64,000 nt of DNA from an uncultured Bacilli bacterium (GTDB taxonomy: Bacteria; Bacillota_I; Bacilli_A; RF39; UBA660). Of this stretch, positions 1-8,559 are shown one piece after another. The notes under the pieces are model-generated. The model worked only from the letters and a program-made list of their open reading frames with translations, was not told the origin of the DNA and did not search any database. Where the stretch lies: assembly GCA_934183155.1 (NCBI GenBank), contig CAKPSB010000007.1, forward strand, positions 5,768 to 69,767. Direction: 5' to 3'. A program made the position numbers and the translations under genes. Within the stretch, counting starts at the first letter, position 1. Every line of letters begins with the position of its first letter.

Positions 1-626
1 ATTCTCGGACAGATATCATTTAACTTATCCACATATTTTTTCCGCATTTGATAGATAAAAACACTTTTATTTATTAAATAATCAGTTAGAATATCAAAGT
101 AATTTAAATCAATTTTTATACTTGCATTTAAATCTTTTAAAAATTCATTTCTGATTTTTAATAGTTTGTTAAAATCAATTAAAGTCTGATAATAATTTTT
201 TGAGATTTGTGATAGTTCAAGGTTGAAATATTTTCTTCTAACTCCCGGAAAGCCTTTTATTAAATCTAAATCTTCAGATGAAAAGATAATAATATTCATT
301 TTTTCAATATAATCTGATAATTTTGTTATAACTTTATTATCTATTTTAACTGTTTTGCTTTTTTTTGATAATTCTATTTCCAGGTTATATGACATTTCTT
401 TTTTTATTTTACCTTTAATATTGGCTTTCGTTTCACCTTGCTTTATCAAATTATCTGAAGTGAATGAGCGGTGGGAAGAGGTGAGGGCAAGTACATATAT
501 ACTTTCCAACAAATTTGTCTTCCCTTGACCGTTTTGACCATAAATTATGTTTAACTTGTCAGCGAAGTCTATTTTTAAATTGTCATAGTTGCGAAAGTTG
601 TTGACTGTTAACTTGTTTATGATCAT
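1..626 (-). CDS. recF: RecF DNA replication/repair protein, N-terminal part (3' end runs off the window)
   Basis: Not in the ORF track (no stop in window). Minus-strand translation from the ATG at 626-624 gives MIINKLTVNNFRNYDNLKIDF..IYGQNGQGKTNLLESIYVLALTSSHRS, the RecF N-terminus with Walker A. GAGGT RBS upstream. dnaA-dnaN-x-recF synteny. Confidence 0.9.
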   Translation of the reverse strand, partial: MIINKLTVNNFRNYDNLKIDFADKLNIIYGQNGQGKTNLLESIYVLALTSSHRSFTSDNLIKQGETKANIKGKIKKEMSYNLEIELSKKSKTVKIDNKVITKLSDYIEKMNIIIFSSEDLDLIKGFPGVRRKYFNLELSQISKNYYQTLIDFNKLLKIRNEFLKDLNASIKIDLNYFDILTDYLINKSVFIYQMRKKYVDKLNDICPR

Positions 627-759
627 ATTTTACCTCATTTCGGTTTTTAACCTCTTTTTTTTTGATTTATAGTATTTTGCATACTCCTATACCTCATAAA
701 CATTATATCACAAAATGGGCTAAAATAAGCAAAAATAAGCTTTTTTTGAGCTTATTTAT

Positions 760-1209
760 TTAACTTTTTCGTTTTTTTAAAATTAGTAGTAGTTGCATTG
801 CTCTAAATATTTGATTTTCAAGGGATGAAAACGATATATTTAGTATTATTTCTAAACCATTTGAAAATATTATTTTACTTTTGTCTTCGCATTTTTCATA
901 TTTTAGAATGTTGTTTAAAGAAATCCATGAACATCTATTTGTTTCAACTGCATTTGTGGGAAAAAAAATCAATTCACGTGTTTCTTCTACTATTATAGGC
1001 AATTTATATTTCATGCCTAAGGCATATTTTGAAGCTTCAATTCTTCCAGTTAAGGAACTACCATAATATCTGCAGTTATATCTTAATACTTCTCTAACTG
1101 ATTTATCCATTATTATTGTTTCTGCTGATGATATTATTTTTGATGTTTTTTTATTTTCTGGAATAATTGCATATGTTTCACTACTAATTTCATATTCTTC
1201 TATGAGCAT
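760..1209 (-). CDS. ComK-family competence transcription factor-like protein
   Basis: 149-aa ORF. CRYYGSSLTGR, KLPIIV..ELIFFPT, RCSWISL and FSNGLEIILNISFSSLENQ match the conserved core of Bacillus ComK (CRFFGSSYAGR, KPPIMV..IFLFPT, QCGWIS, FSNGKTMELPISYNSFENQ). The C-terminus is shorter than in B. subtilis ComK. Confidence 0.7.
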   Translation of the reverse strand: MLIEEYEISSETYAIIPENKKTSKIISSAETIIMDKSVREVLRYNCRYYGSSLTGRIEASKYALGMKYKLPIIVEETRELIFFPTNAVETNRCSWISLNNILKYEKCEDKSKIIFSNGLEIILNISFSSLENQIFRAMQLLLILKKRKS

Positions 1210-1312
1210 AATTTTCCTCCTTTGAAAAAGATACCTCTCTTATACTCAAGTTTAATGTCGAATTTCGTTGTATTTTGTCGTAAAAGGTAATTTTTTTAAA
1301 AAAAAAGAACTT

Positions 1313-2434
1313 TTAATAAGTTCTTATTGGTAAAATGAGTTGAATCAAGTCATCACTTTCGACATTTTTTAAAATTATTGGTTTGATTTCGCCATTAAAC
1401 ATTAATTCAATTTCTTCGGCTTCTAATGATTTAATGGCATCCATCATAAACTTAGAATTGAAGGCTATTTTTATTTCACTATTATTATTTTTTTCCACAG
1501 CTATTTTTTCTTCAACAGTTCCTATTTCAGGAATATTTGATGATATTAATGCTGTATTTGTTGATGTTTCAAATTTTATAGTATTTTTATCACTTTCACT
1601 TGTAAGTAGGGATGCTCTATCAATGGCACTATATAAATCATCATATTTTACTTTCATTGTTAATTCATAGTTTTCAGGAAGTAATTTTGATGTATCTGGA
1701 TAAGTTCCACTTATTAATCTTGTCATCATTGTTATTGTGCCAAATTTAAAGACAACTTTATTTGCAAAAATATGCATTTCGACGTTACTTTCATCATCAT
1801 TCATTAATTTAACAAATTCATTTAAATTTTTTGTTGGGATAATTATATTTGAATTTTCGGCTGCTTTTTGGTTTAAAACAATTGTTTTTACAGCAAGACG
1901 GTAAGAATCTGTAGCTGTGCATTTTATTATATTATCATCTATTTTGAAATTAATTCCTGTTAAAACAGGTCTTGTTTCTGATGTAGATGTTGCAAATGCT
2001 GTTTGGTTAATAATTGTTTTAAAAAGTTTTTGATTTAAAATTATTGGATTTTGATTAAATTCTAATTCTAAGTCAGGAAATTCACTTACATTACTACAAT
2101 TTAGTGTAAATGATGAATTAGTGGTTGTAATATAAAGCTTAGAATCTATTACTTCTTCTAAACTAATTAATTCATCAGGTAGTTTTTTTATTATTTCATA
2201 TATATATTTTCCTGATACTACAATTTCTCCTTTAGTATCTATATTATTTATATATTTTTTATCAATAAATGTTTTTATAGAAATGTCACTATCAGTACTC
2301 ATTAAATATAGGCCTTCATCTTGTAATTCAAATTTTATACAATTTAAAATAGGTCTTAAGTTTTTATTTGATATACCTCTTATTACATAATTTAGGTGTT
2401 CTAAAAGAACATTTTGTTTAATTTCTAATTTCAT
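1313..2434 (-). CDS. dnaN: DNA polymerase III beta sliding clamp
   Basis: 373-aa ORF of typical clamp length and N-terminus (MKLEI..LLEHL..V......RPIL), immediately downstream of dnaA. Confidence 0.95.
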   Translation of the reverse strand: MKLEIKQNVLLEHLNYVIRGISNKNLRPILNCIKFELQDEGLYLMSTDSDISIKTFIDKKYINNIDTKGEIVVSGKYIYEIIKKLPDELISLEEVIDSKLYITTTNSSFTLNCSNVSEFPDLELEFNQNPIILNQKLFKTIINQTAFATSTSETRPVLTGINFKIDDNIIKCTATDSYRLAVKTIVLNQKAAENSNIIIPTKNLNEFVKLMNDDESNVEMHIFANKVVFKFGTITMMTRLISGTYPDTSKLLPENYELTMKVKYDDLYSAIDRASLLTSESDKNTIKFETSTNTALISSNIPEIGTVEEKIAVEKNNNSEIKIAFNSKFMMDAIKSLEAEEIELMFNGEIKPIILKNVESDDLIQLILPIRTY

Positions 2435-2483
2435 AAAAATTCTCCTTTATTTTTTATATATTAATGTTATTTTTTATTATTAG

Positions 2484-2557
2484 TGTGGAAAAAGTGGAAA
2501 AGTGGATAAAACCTTTATAATATAAGGATTTTTCTATTGTTTACACTATGTGGAAAA
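2484..2557. promoter_or_regulatory. DnaA-box cluster in the dnaA-dnaN spacer (second oriC half)
   Basis: TGTGGAAAA 2484-2492, AGTGGAAAA 2493-2501, AGTGGATAA 2501-2509 and TGTGGAAAA 2549-2557. These are 1-2 mismatch versions of TGTGGATAA/TTATCCACA. Confidence 0.7.
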
Positions 2558-2582
2558 AGTGTTTAAAAATTAAAGTTTTACA

Positions 2583-3923
2583 CTATTTAATTTGGTTAAT
2601 TATTTTTGAAATTTCGACTTCTAAGTTTTTATCCTTTTTTAATTCACTTTTTATTTTAGCAACAGAATGCATAACAGTTGTATGATCTTTTCCACCAAAT
2701 TCACTACCTATTTTAGGTAATGATTCTTTTAGATGTACTCGGCATATATACATTCCAATTTGTCTTGGTACGGCTATTTTTGATAGTCTTTTTTTAGATT
2801 TTATATCTTCTACGGTTATATTGTAATTATTGGCTACTAATTGGATTACTTGGTCTATTTTATTTCTTGAAATGATATTTTTACCGATGTAATCTTTTAG
2901 AGCTTCTATAGCTAATTCTAAGGTAATTTCTGAGCCATTCATTATTGTAGCGTAAGCAAATACGCGGGTTAGAGCACCTTCTAGTTTTCTGATATCGGTG
3001 GTGCAATTATTGGCTATGTATTCTTTTACTTCCATAGGAACAAAGCTACTGATATTATGGGCTTCTATTTTTTTATCTAGTATAGCTAGTCTAAGATCTA
3101 ACTCTGGTGGCAGAATGTCAATGGTTAAGCCCCAATTAAATCTGGTTCTTAATCTATCTTCAAGTTTTTTTAAATCATCTGGTGAACGATCGGATGATAT
3201 AATTATTTGTTTATTTTTTGTGTGTAATTCATTAAATGTGTTGAAAAATTCCTGTTGTGTTTTACTAGCTATTTCTAAATATTGAATATCATCTATCATT
3301 AGTACATCAATGTCGCGATATTTTCTTTTGAAGTTATCGACAGCTTTAAAATTACTTGTTTCGTTTTTTCTATATATATTAAGAAAATCATCAACAAATT
3401 TTTCACTTGTTACATATAGTACTTTTTTGTTAGAAGTTGAAACAATATAATTTCCAATAGCGTGCATTAAGTGTGTTTTTCCAAGTCCGCTTGATCCATA
3501 GATGAATAATGGATTATACATAGCACCTGGTTTTTCAGCAACAGCAAGACCTATGGCTTTGGCGAATTTGTTTGATTCTCCGGCAATAAAATTGTCAAAA
3601 GTATATTTGCTATCAAGGCCACTTTCAAAGACAGCTTCATTATTTTCTGTTGTTTCTGTTTTAATTTCGTCTGATGCTTCATTTGGCGTAACGTATTTAA
3701 ACTTAAAAATAGAGCCAGTTACTTCCATAAATGTTTCTTTAATTATTTCACCATAGTTTTCTTGTAGATGCTTTTTGTGAACATCAAGTGGAACTTCTAT
3801 AATGGCATATTCATTGTTTAAATCGATTAATTTTGTTTCTTTAAACCATGTTTGAAATAAAACTGGTTTTAATTTTAGTTCAATTTTTGATAAAAAAACA
3901 GCCCACATGCTTTCTAAATCCAT
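2583..3923 (-). CDS. dnaA: Chromosomal replication initiator DnaA
   Basis: 446 aa. AAA+ Walker A GSSGLGKTHLMHAIGN, box VII, and C-terminal DNA-binding signature GGKDHTTVMHSVAKI. Confidence 0.97.
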   Translation of the reverse strand: MDLESMWAVFLSKIELKLKPVLFQTWFKETKLIDLNNEYAIIEVPLDVHKKHLQENYGEIIKETFMEVTGSIFKFKYVTPNEASDEIKTETTENNEAVFESGLDSKYTFDNFIAGESNKFAKAIGLAVAEKPGAMYNPLFIYGSSGLGKTHLMHAIGNYIVSTSNKKVLYVTSEKFVDDFLNIYRKNETSNFKAVDNFKRKYRDIDVLMIDDIQYLEIASKTQQEFFNTFNELHTKNKQIIISSDRSPDDLKKLEDRLRTRFNWGLTIDILPPELDLRLAILDKKIEAHNISSFVPMEVKEYIANNCTTDIRKLEGALTRVFAYATIMNGSEITLELAIEALKDYIGKNIISRNKIDQVIQLVANNYNITVEDIKSKKRLSKIAVPRQIGMYICRVHLKESLPKIGSEFGGKDHTTVMHSVAKIKSELKKDKNLEVEISKIINQIK

Positions 3924-3998
3924 ACTATTCCCCCCATTGTGCTTTTATAAACACTCAATAACATTTTACATTATTTTTACATTTTTTTCTATAAAAAC

Positions 3999-4222
3999 TG
4001 TGGAAAAATAGCAAAAAAGTTTTAAACAAGAAATTATTGTCGAAATATGAAGGCTTTAGAGTTATTTCCACATCATGTGTGGATAAATATTTTTGCACAA
4101 ATGTGGACAATTATTTTTTTTGCACAACTGTTGAAAAGTAATTTTAATACATTTTTACAAATATTTTTTTTGTGTGGAAAACTCAAAAAAAGAAAAATGA
4201 AAAAAATTATACTGTGGAAAAC
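3999..4222. promoter_or_regulatory. oriC DnaA-box cluster between divergent dnaA and rpmH
   Basis: TGTGGAAAA 3999-4007, perfect TGTGGATAA 4078-4086, TGTGGACAA 4102-4110, TGTGGAAAA 4173-4181 and 4214-4222, in an AT-rich spacer. Gene orientation switches here. Confidence 0.8.
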
Positions 4223-4288
4223 TCAATTGTTGCATTTAGCTTTTGTTTGTGTTATAATGGTTGAGATTTTTTTATTTGTATTAATAAA

Positions 4289-4317
4289 TTGACATTTTTG
4301 TTTTTTGTCTATATAAT
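4289..4317 (+). promoter_or_regulatory. rpmH promoter (sigma-A type)
   Basis: TTGACA 4289-4294, 17-nt spacer, TATAAT 4312-4317, both consensus. Confidence 0.7.
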
Positions 4318-4355
4318 TTATTAAGCAATGTGAATTTATTTTAGGAGGTGGATTT

Positions 4356-4481
4356 ATGTCTAAAAGAACTTTTCAACCAAATACTCGCAGAAGAAGTAAA
4401 AAGATGGGATTTTTTGCAAGAATGAAAGCTGGTATTGTTAACAGAAGAAGAAACAAAGGCCGCAAGGTATTATCTCATTAA
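4356..4481 (+). CDS. rpmH: 50S ribosomal protein L34
   Basis: Not in the ORF track (41 aa). AGGAGG RBS, then ATG at 4356. MSKRTFQPNTRRRSKKMGFFARMKAGIVNRRRNKGRKVLSH is the L34 signature. Confidence 0.95.
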   Translation: MSKRTFQPNTRRRSKKMGFFARMKAGIVNRRRNKGRKVLSH

Positions 4482-4484
4482 ATT

Positions 4485-4520
4485 GCCACTGCTGGCGTAA
4501 GCGGTGGTTTTGTTTTTTTT
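4485..4520 (+). terminator. Intrinsic terminator/attenuator after rpmH
   Basis: Stem CCACTGC (4486-4492) pairs with GCGGTGG (4501-4507), followed by TTTTGTTTTTTTT. Confidence 0.6.
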
Positions 4521-4534
4521 ATAGGGGTGATAAG

Positions 4535-4879
4535 GTGAAAAAGATTAATGTTGTTAGAGAAAATCGAGAATTTACACGTATTATTCAAAAAAATAAACCT
4601 TTTAGATATAAGGACTATGTTATATATATAGATAAAAGGGAACCTAGTGTTTATAAGTTTGGACTTTCAGTTGGTAAAAAAGTTGGTAATGCAGTTGTTC
4701 GTAATAAAATAAAAAGGCAATTACGTAGTATTCTTGATAAAAATGACTATAAAAATAATTTTGATTGTATTATAATAGTTGGCAGAGGCATTTTAAAACG
4801 AAGTTTTTTAGAAATGCAGGATAATTTAAATTTTGCTTTAAAAAAGTTAGATGTTATGAAGGAGCGAGAAAATGCGTAA
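4535..4879 (+). CDS. rnpA: Ribonuclease P protein component
   Basis: 114 aa, basic, with the motif GLSV.KKVGNAV.RNKIKRQLR. Follows rpmH. GTG start. Confidence 0.9.
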   Translation: MKKINVVRENREFTRIIQKNKPFRYKDYVIYIDKREPSVYKFGLSVGKKVGNAVVRNKIKRQLRSILDKNDYKNNFDCIIIVGRGILKRSFLEMQDNLNFALKKLDVMKERENA

Positions 4880-5873
4880 AAAGTTTTTTATGATTGTGGC
4901 GATGATGTTTTTAACTTTATCGTTATCTGGATGTACGAGTTATGTTAAAGATAGTAAGGGTTCACCAGTTAAAGAACCAACTACTGGGCAAACACTTACT
5001 TCAAATATTTTATGTAGGCCTACTAATAAGGATGTAATTAAAACTTATAAGAGTAATAAAGTTAAAATTGATAAGTTGCCTGAATGTTCAAAGTTTACCC
5101 CAGCTTCTGGTAGTTATGGTGGTATTTGGGAAACTATTTTTATTAAGCCTTTGAGTTATTTTATTATTCAAATTGGGAAAATACTTGGTAATTATGGTTG
5201 GGCCATTATTGCTGTAACTTTGCTTATTCGTTTAATTATTTTCCCATTAAGTAAAAAGTCAGCTTTGATGAGTGAAAATATGAAATTTGCTCAAAAAGAT
5301 TTGGAAAAACTTGAGAAAAAGTATCGTGGACGTGAGAGCCAAGAAGATCAGATGATGAAAGCACAGGAAATGATGACGATTTATAAAAAATATGATATTA
5401 ATCCAATGTCTGGTTGTTTATTTGCTTTTATTCAGATGCCACTTTTCTTTGCTTTCTTAGAAAGTTTGAATAGATTACCAATTGTATTTGAAGGTAAATT
5501 TTTAGGATATAAATTAGGTACTAGTCCATTTGTAGCTTTGTTTGGTAGTAATTTTGATTTTGGAAAACTTATTTCTAGTTTTAGCAATGGTAATTTTATA
5601 TATTTAATTTTACCAATTGTTGTTGCTTTGACGACATTCTTGTCATTTAAGTTGAATTCTGGAGTTAGTAGTGGTTCTGATGAACAACAATCTCAGATGA
5701 AGACAATGATGAATGTTATGCTTGTTTTTATTGTATTTACTTCGTTTACAATGCCTGTTAGTATTATTTTATACTGGGTTACTGGTAGTTTATTTACAAT
5801 TATTCAAGCTGAAATCATTAGGAGGATGAAAGAAAATGGAAGTAGTAAAGTTCGAATCAAAAAACAAAGATGA
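4872..5873 (+). CDS. yidC: Membrane protein insertase YidC (lipoprotein type)
   Basis: Lipobox LSLSGC at the N-terminus. YidC/Oxa1 core (ITLLIRLIIFPL, Y..Y.INP..GCL..FIQMP.F). rnpA-yidC-jag synteny. Confidence 0.9.
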   Translation: MRKKFFMIVAMMFLTLSLSGCTSYVKDSKGSPVKEPTTGQTLTSNILCRPTNKDVIKTYKSNKVKIDKLPECSKFTPASGSYGGIWETIFIKPLSYFIIQIGKILGNYGWAIIAVTLLIRLIIFPLSKKSALMSENMKFAQKDLEKLEKKYRGRESQEDQMMKAQEMMTIYKKYDINPMSGCLFAFIQMPLFFAFLESLNRLPIVFEGKFLGYKLGTSPFVALFGSNFDFGKLISSFSNGNFIYLILPIVVALTTFLSFKLNSGVSSGSDEQQSQMKTMMNVMLVFIVFTSFTMPVSIILYWVTGSLFTIIQAEIIRRMKENGSSKVRIKKQR

Positions 5874-6447
5874 GGCTCTTAATAAATGTTTAGAAAAATT
5901 AAATGTTAATTTATCAGAGGTTTATTATTATATTGAAGAAGGGGAACCTGGTTTATTTGGCAAAGTGAAGTATACTTCATGGGTTGTTACTAAATATGAT
6001 GTTAAAAATTACGTTAAAGATTTTTTAAATGATTTAGCTTATAATATGAATACTAAGTTTGACCTTGAAATTAATGAGAATGATGGTGTTATTACTTGTA
6101 TTATTGTTTGTGATGATAGTAATGTTATAATTGGTAAAGAGGGTAGATGTTTAAATGCTATTCAGTCTGTTTTAAGGCAATCATTACGTAAGTATGGTAG
6201 GTTTGATATTAAAGTTAATTTAGATATTGCGGGTTATAAAGAAAAAAGACAACGTAATATTGAAAGAGAAGTAAAGAAACTTGCTAAGGAAGTTTTATCA
6301 AGTGGAGTTTCAGTTAAGCTAGATCCTATGAATTCTTTTGAGAGAAGAATAGTTCATAATGCTATAAGTGAGTTTGATGGCTTGTTTACTCGAAGTGAGG
6401 GAGAAGCCCCTAATAGATATGTGGTTATTATGATTAAGGAGGATTAA
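5836..6447 (+). CDS. jag: Jag/KhpB RNA-binding protein (Jag_N-KH-R3H)
   Basis: KH-like IIGKEGRCLNAIQ and R3H-like LDPMNSFERRIVHNAI motifs. AGGAGGA RBS 10 nt upstream. Confidence 0.85.
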   Translation: MEVVKFESKNKDEALNKCLEKLNVNLSEVYYYIEEGEPGLFGKVKYTSWVVTKYDVKNYVKDFLNDLAYNMNTKFDLEINENDGVITCIIVCDDSNVIIGKEGRCLNAIQSVLRQSLRKYGRFDIKVNLDIAGYKEKRQRNIEREVKKLAKEVLSSGVSVKLDPMNSFERRIVHNAISEFDGLFTRSEGEAPNRYVVIMIKED

Positions 6448-6578
6448 TTCTTCTTTTTTTTTCAATTTAATTATTATTTGAAATGTAAGATTCAGTTTTT
6501 AATAGTTTTTTCCTTCGTTTTAAATGCTATGATTTTTGTTTTGAATATGTTATAATTTTGGTAGAAAAGGGCGATATT

Positions 6579-7121
6579 ATGAAAAAGAATATTACTAAGG
6601 AAATATTAAATGATGATGAATATTTAGATATTGTTAGTGATATTTTGGATAATTGTGAGTTTCAAAAAAGAAAACAATGGAAACATCATGAAAATTGTTC
6701 TTTATACGAGCATTTATTAGCGGTTTCTTATTTGTCTTATAAAATTTGTAAAAAAAAGAGATTGAATTATAAGGATGCAGCGATTGGTGGATTATTGCAC
6801 GATTTTTATACTGAGCCGTGGCAAGAACATTTGAATGAAAAAAAGCCTTTTTTTAAGCAGCATGGTTTTGTTCATGCTCATGAGGCTATGGTTAATGCAT
6901 ATAAATTTTTTCCTAATTTAATGAATGATAGAATTTCAAATATTATTGAAAGACATATGTTTCCTTTAAATATTATTCCTCCAAAATATAAAGAGGGTTG
7001 GATTGTTAGTTATGTTGATAAGCGTTTAAGTATGGATGTTATTATTAATGTTAAAGCTTTACCAAAATATTTTGGGTTAACAAGATTTATTAATAAGGTT
7101 AAAAAAGTTTTTAGAAGGTGA
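6579..7121 (+). CDS. HD-domain phosphohydrolase
   Basis: H..(LLHDF) HD motif and later HEA/ERHMFP histidines. Start moved to the ATG at 6579 because an extended -10 (TGtTATAAT, 6548-6556) overlaps the track start at 6558. Confidence 0.6.
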   Translation: MKKNITKEILNDDEYLDIVSDILDNCEFQKRKQWKHHENCSLYEHLLAVSYLSYKICKKKRLNYKDAAIGGLLHDFYTEPWQEHLNEKKPFFKQHGFVHAHEAMVNAYKFFPNLMNDRISNIIERHMFPLNIIPPKYKEGWIVSYVDKRLSMDVIINVKALPKYFGLTRFINKVKKVFRR

Positions 7122-7126
7122 TTTGA

Positions 7127-8476
7127 ATGAATGATACTATTTGTGCTATTTCTACAGCTCAAGGTGTTGGAGCTATTTCAATTATTAGGGTTAGTGGAGA
7201 TGACGCTATTAAAATTGTAAGTAATATTTTTTCTAATAAAGATTTTTTCAATGCTCCTTCACATACTATTCATTATGGTTATATTTTGGACGGTGAAGAG
7301 AAGATTGATGAAGTTTTAGTTAGTATTATGAGGGCTCCTAAAACGTTTACTAAGGAGGATGTTGTCGAAATTAATGCTCATGGTGGTATTATGACTACTA
7401 ATAAGATATTAGAGCTTTTACTTGTTAATGGTTGTCGTCTTGCGGAACCTGGTGAATTTACTAAAAGAGCTTTTTTAAATGGCAGAATTGATTTGACTGA
7501 GGCCGAAGGAATTATGGAACTTATTAATAGTAAAACTGATGTTTCTAGAAAAATAGCGTTGAATCAGGTTAGTGGTAAGGTTAATTTAATGATTAAAAAG
7601 TTGAGGGAAGAGCTTATTCAAATTATTTCTAATATTGAAGTCAATATTGATTATCCAGAATATGAGGATATTGAAGAAGTTACTACTTCTAAAATAAAAG
7701 TTAGTTTAGGGGATTTAAAAGATAAAGTATGTAAAATTCTTAATGAAAGTAATAATGGAAAAATTTTAACTAGTGGTATTAAAACAGCTATCGTTGGTAG
7801 ACCAAATGTTGGCAAAAGTAGTTTACTTAATAAATTGATTGGTGAAGATAAGGCTATTGTTACAAATATTGAGGGTACTACTAGAGATAGTGTTGAGGCA
7901 ACTTTAAGAATTGATAATATAATTTTAAATTTAATTGATACAGCGGGCATTAGAGATACTTCTGATGTTGTAGAAAGTATTGGCGTTGATAAAAGTTTAA
8001 GCTTAATTGATGAAGCTGATTTAATTTTATTTGTAGTTAATTATAATGAAATGTTGGACAAGGATGATTATAAGATTATTGAAAAATTAAAGAACAAAAA
8101 ATACATTACTATTGTTAATAAAATTGATTTAGATAAAAAAATTGATGATAGTGATTTAAAAAATGTTGTTTATGTTAGTGCTTTAAAGAACAATAATATT
8201 GATAAAATTAGCAAGAAAATTAAAGAATTATTTAATTTAGAGCAAATTGAAATGACTGATTTAACTTATTTGACAAGTGCAAGAAGTTTAGCTATTTTAA
8301 GAAAAATTTTGTTAGCGGTTGATGAAGTTAATGATGGTATAGAAAATAACAGTCCTATTGATATGATTGAAATTGATTTAAAAAATATTTGGACTTTGCT
8401 TGGTGAAATAATTGGTGAAAGTTATGATGAGGAACTTTTAAATCAGATATTTAGTAGATTTTGTGTTGGAAAGTAG
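7127..8476 (+). CDS. mnmE: tRNA modification GTPase MnmE
   Basis: DTICAISTA..GAISIIRVSG N-terminus, G1 motif GRPNVGKSSLLN, C-terminal FCVGK. Confidence 0.95.
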   Translation: MNDTICAISTAQGVGAISIIRVSGDDAIKIVSNIFSNKDFFNAPSHTIHYGYILDGEEKIDEVLVSIMRAPKTFTKEDVVEINAHGGIMTTNKILELLLVNGCRLAEPGEFTKRAFLNGRIDLTEAEGIMELINSKTDVSRKIALNQVSGKVNLMIKKLREELIQIISNIEVNIDYPEYEDIEEVTTSKIKVSLGDLKDKVCKILNESNNGKILTSGIKTAIVGRPNVGKSSLLNKLIGEDKAIVTNIEGTTRDSVEATLRIDNIILNLIDTAGIRDTSDVVESIGVDKSLSLIDEADLILFVVNYNEMLDKDDYKIIEKLKNKKYITIVNKIDLDKKIDDSDLKNVVYVSALKNNNIDKISKKIKELFNLEQIEMTDLTYLTSARSLAILRKILLAVDEVNDGIENNSPIDMIEIDLKNIWTLLGEIIGESYDEELLNQIFSRFCVGK

Positions 8477-8559
8477 ATTTATTTCTACTTTTATTTTTTG
8501 GTTTCTTTTTAATTGTTAAAAAAAATGTTATAATAATTGCTGGAAATGTTGGTGATTTT

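Noticed and set aside
4047-4292. 81-aa ORF in the dnaA-rpmH spacer
   Set aside because: It is composed of the DnaA-box repeats and T-runs of oriC, has no RBS, and runs into the rpmH promoter. It is non-coding origin sequence.
8461-8559. N-terminal extensions implied by the longest-ORF starts: mnmG 8461, uvrB 21249, M23 30125, rpmE 36067, rpmC 44939, rplE 46115, rplO 48728, rpoA 52925, methyltransferase 60742, rluA 61568, and also 35313 and 37447.
   Set aside because: In each case an internal ATG preceded by a Shine-Dalgarno sequence coincides with the conserved N-terminus of the family. The extension overlaps the upstream gene, a promoter or a terminator.
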